From assembly GCF_009914755.1 (NCBI RefSeq), contig NC_060934.1: 64,000 nucleotides of DNA. One strand, written 5' to 3'. The position numbers and the translations under genes were made by a program. Under the pieces are notes generated by a model. It saw only the letters and a program-made list of their open reading frames with translations. It had not been told where the DNA came from and made no database searches. Positions 63,032 through 64,000 of the stretch are shown one piece after another (position 1 is the stretch's first letter; each line of letters starts with the position of its first letter). The stretch comes from the human T2T-CHM13v2.0 reference genome, Homo sapiens.

Positions 63032-64000
63032 AATCATAATAAAGGAATCATAATATCTTGGAAGGAACATTGACTGTTCAGGCAAAACTGCCTCATTTTT
63101 GAGAGGAGGCCCTGAGAGGTGAAGTGTTATGCCCAAGATTACATAGCTATTAAGTAGCTGTTACACTTGACTCTTTAACTGGTTTTTGCTGTGCCACAGT
63201 TTGGCACATTTTTCTCCTTTGTCTTGCTGAAATCCAGGTACCATGATTATAGTTTTCTCCAGAAACACGCTGTTAAAAGGATCCATTTGATATTACTTGT
63301 CCTTGGTACTCAGCACAGTGCCTGACACACAGTAGGTAATCAAGTATTTGTTGAAAAAGTGCTGCTTTCAGATGATCAGTACTTACAGACCACTTATTCA
63401 ATAACATGTTGACAACCCATGCATCACTGTAATACTTATCAAGTAATCAAGAACTTATCAAGAAATGAAACATTCTGATCTCCTCCTTCCTAGATATTTA
63501 CACTTCATAATGCTTTAGTTTTCTGACTGGTTATGTTTTCCAAATAATTGTGTGGCTTTGTTTTTGCTTTGTAAAAAATGAACTCAAAATTATAAATTTA
63601 GTTTTTGAAAACCTTAATGAGAAATTGTTCTGTGCAGAAAATTTAGGAAGATTATACAGAATATGTTTTATAATACACTCAAATGGATTATATCTTTCAG
63701 AGGGCAGTAGATTAGTCTTCCAAGTTAGCTTGACATACTGCATGCAATGTACATGTCCTGGAAATGATGCATAACATTTGTGTTCATAGTACCAAAAATT
63801 GTGTATAATCAAGATTGAGTAAAAACTCCTTAAGGGTCTTATTATTATGTAAGGGACCAGTGCTGTAGCATTAACTATCTTTAACACTTCTGTTGTCTCC
63901 AAGTCACAAGGCAAGGAGAAAAGATATGGTAAGACCTTTAAAGGAATATGTAAATATGTAGTACTCTATTTTTGGGGAGATGAGGGGCTTAGTTTTGTTT

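Overview
Human genomic DNA from the RET receptor tyrosine kinase locus (10q11.21), + strand. The window starts inside RET intron 1 (exon 1 is upstream and not included). It holds exons 2-20, all with GT-AG boundaries. Their coding lengths sum to 3272 nt, which with the 73 coding nt of exon 1 gives the 1114-aa RET51. All three C-terminal alternatives can be read: RET9 by read-through into intron 19, RET51 via exon 20, and RET43 via an acceptor nested in the 3'UTR. The window also holds the intron-1 Hirschsprung enhancer, the 3'UTR, about 8 kb of intergenic DNA (Tigger1 remnant, decayed ERV), and a CpG-island promoter with a non-coding first exon assigned by synteny to CSGALNACT2. The MEN2 hotspot codons checked are wild type, and the haplotype carries the non-risk enhancer alleles. 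Almost all ORFs in the supplied track are chance ORFs in GC-rich introns or repeats. I see no foreign insert and no new gene system. The best leads are cis-regulatory and splicing hypotheses: a perfect DR5 RARE/ERR site in a MIR-like remnant in intron 4; a recursive-type AG|GTGAG acceptor plus a stronger internal donor in exon 4; three miR-200b/c/429 sites between two poly(A) signals; an AT-rich cruciform in intron 16; and a KLF/SP-motif minisatellite in intron 14. rs numbers, isoform names and repeat subfamilies come from memory and should be confirmed by alignment and RepeatMasker.
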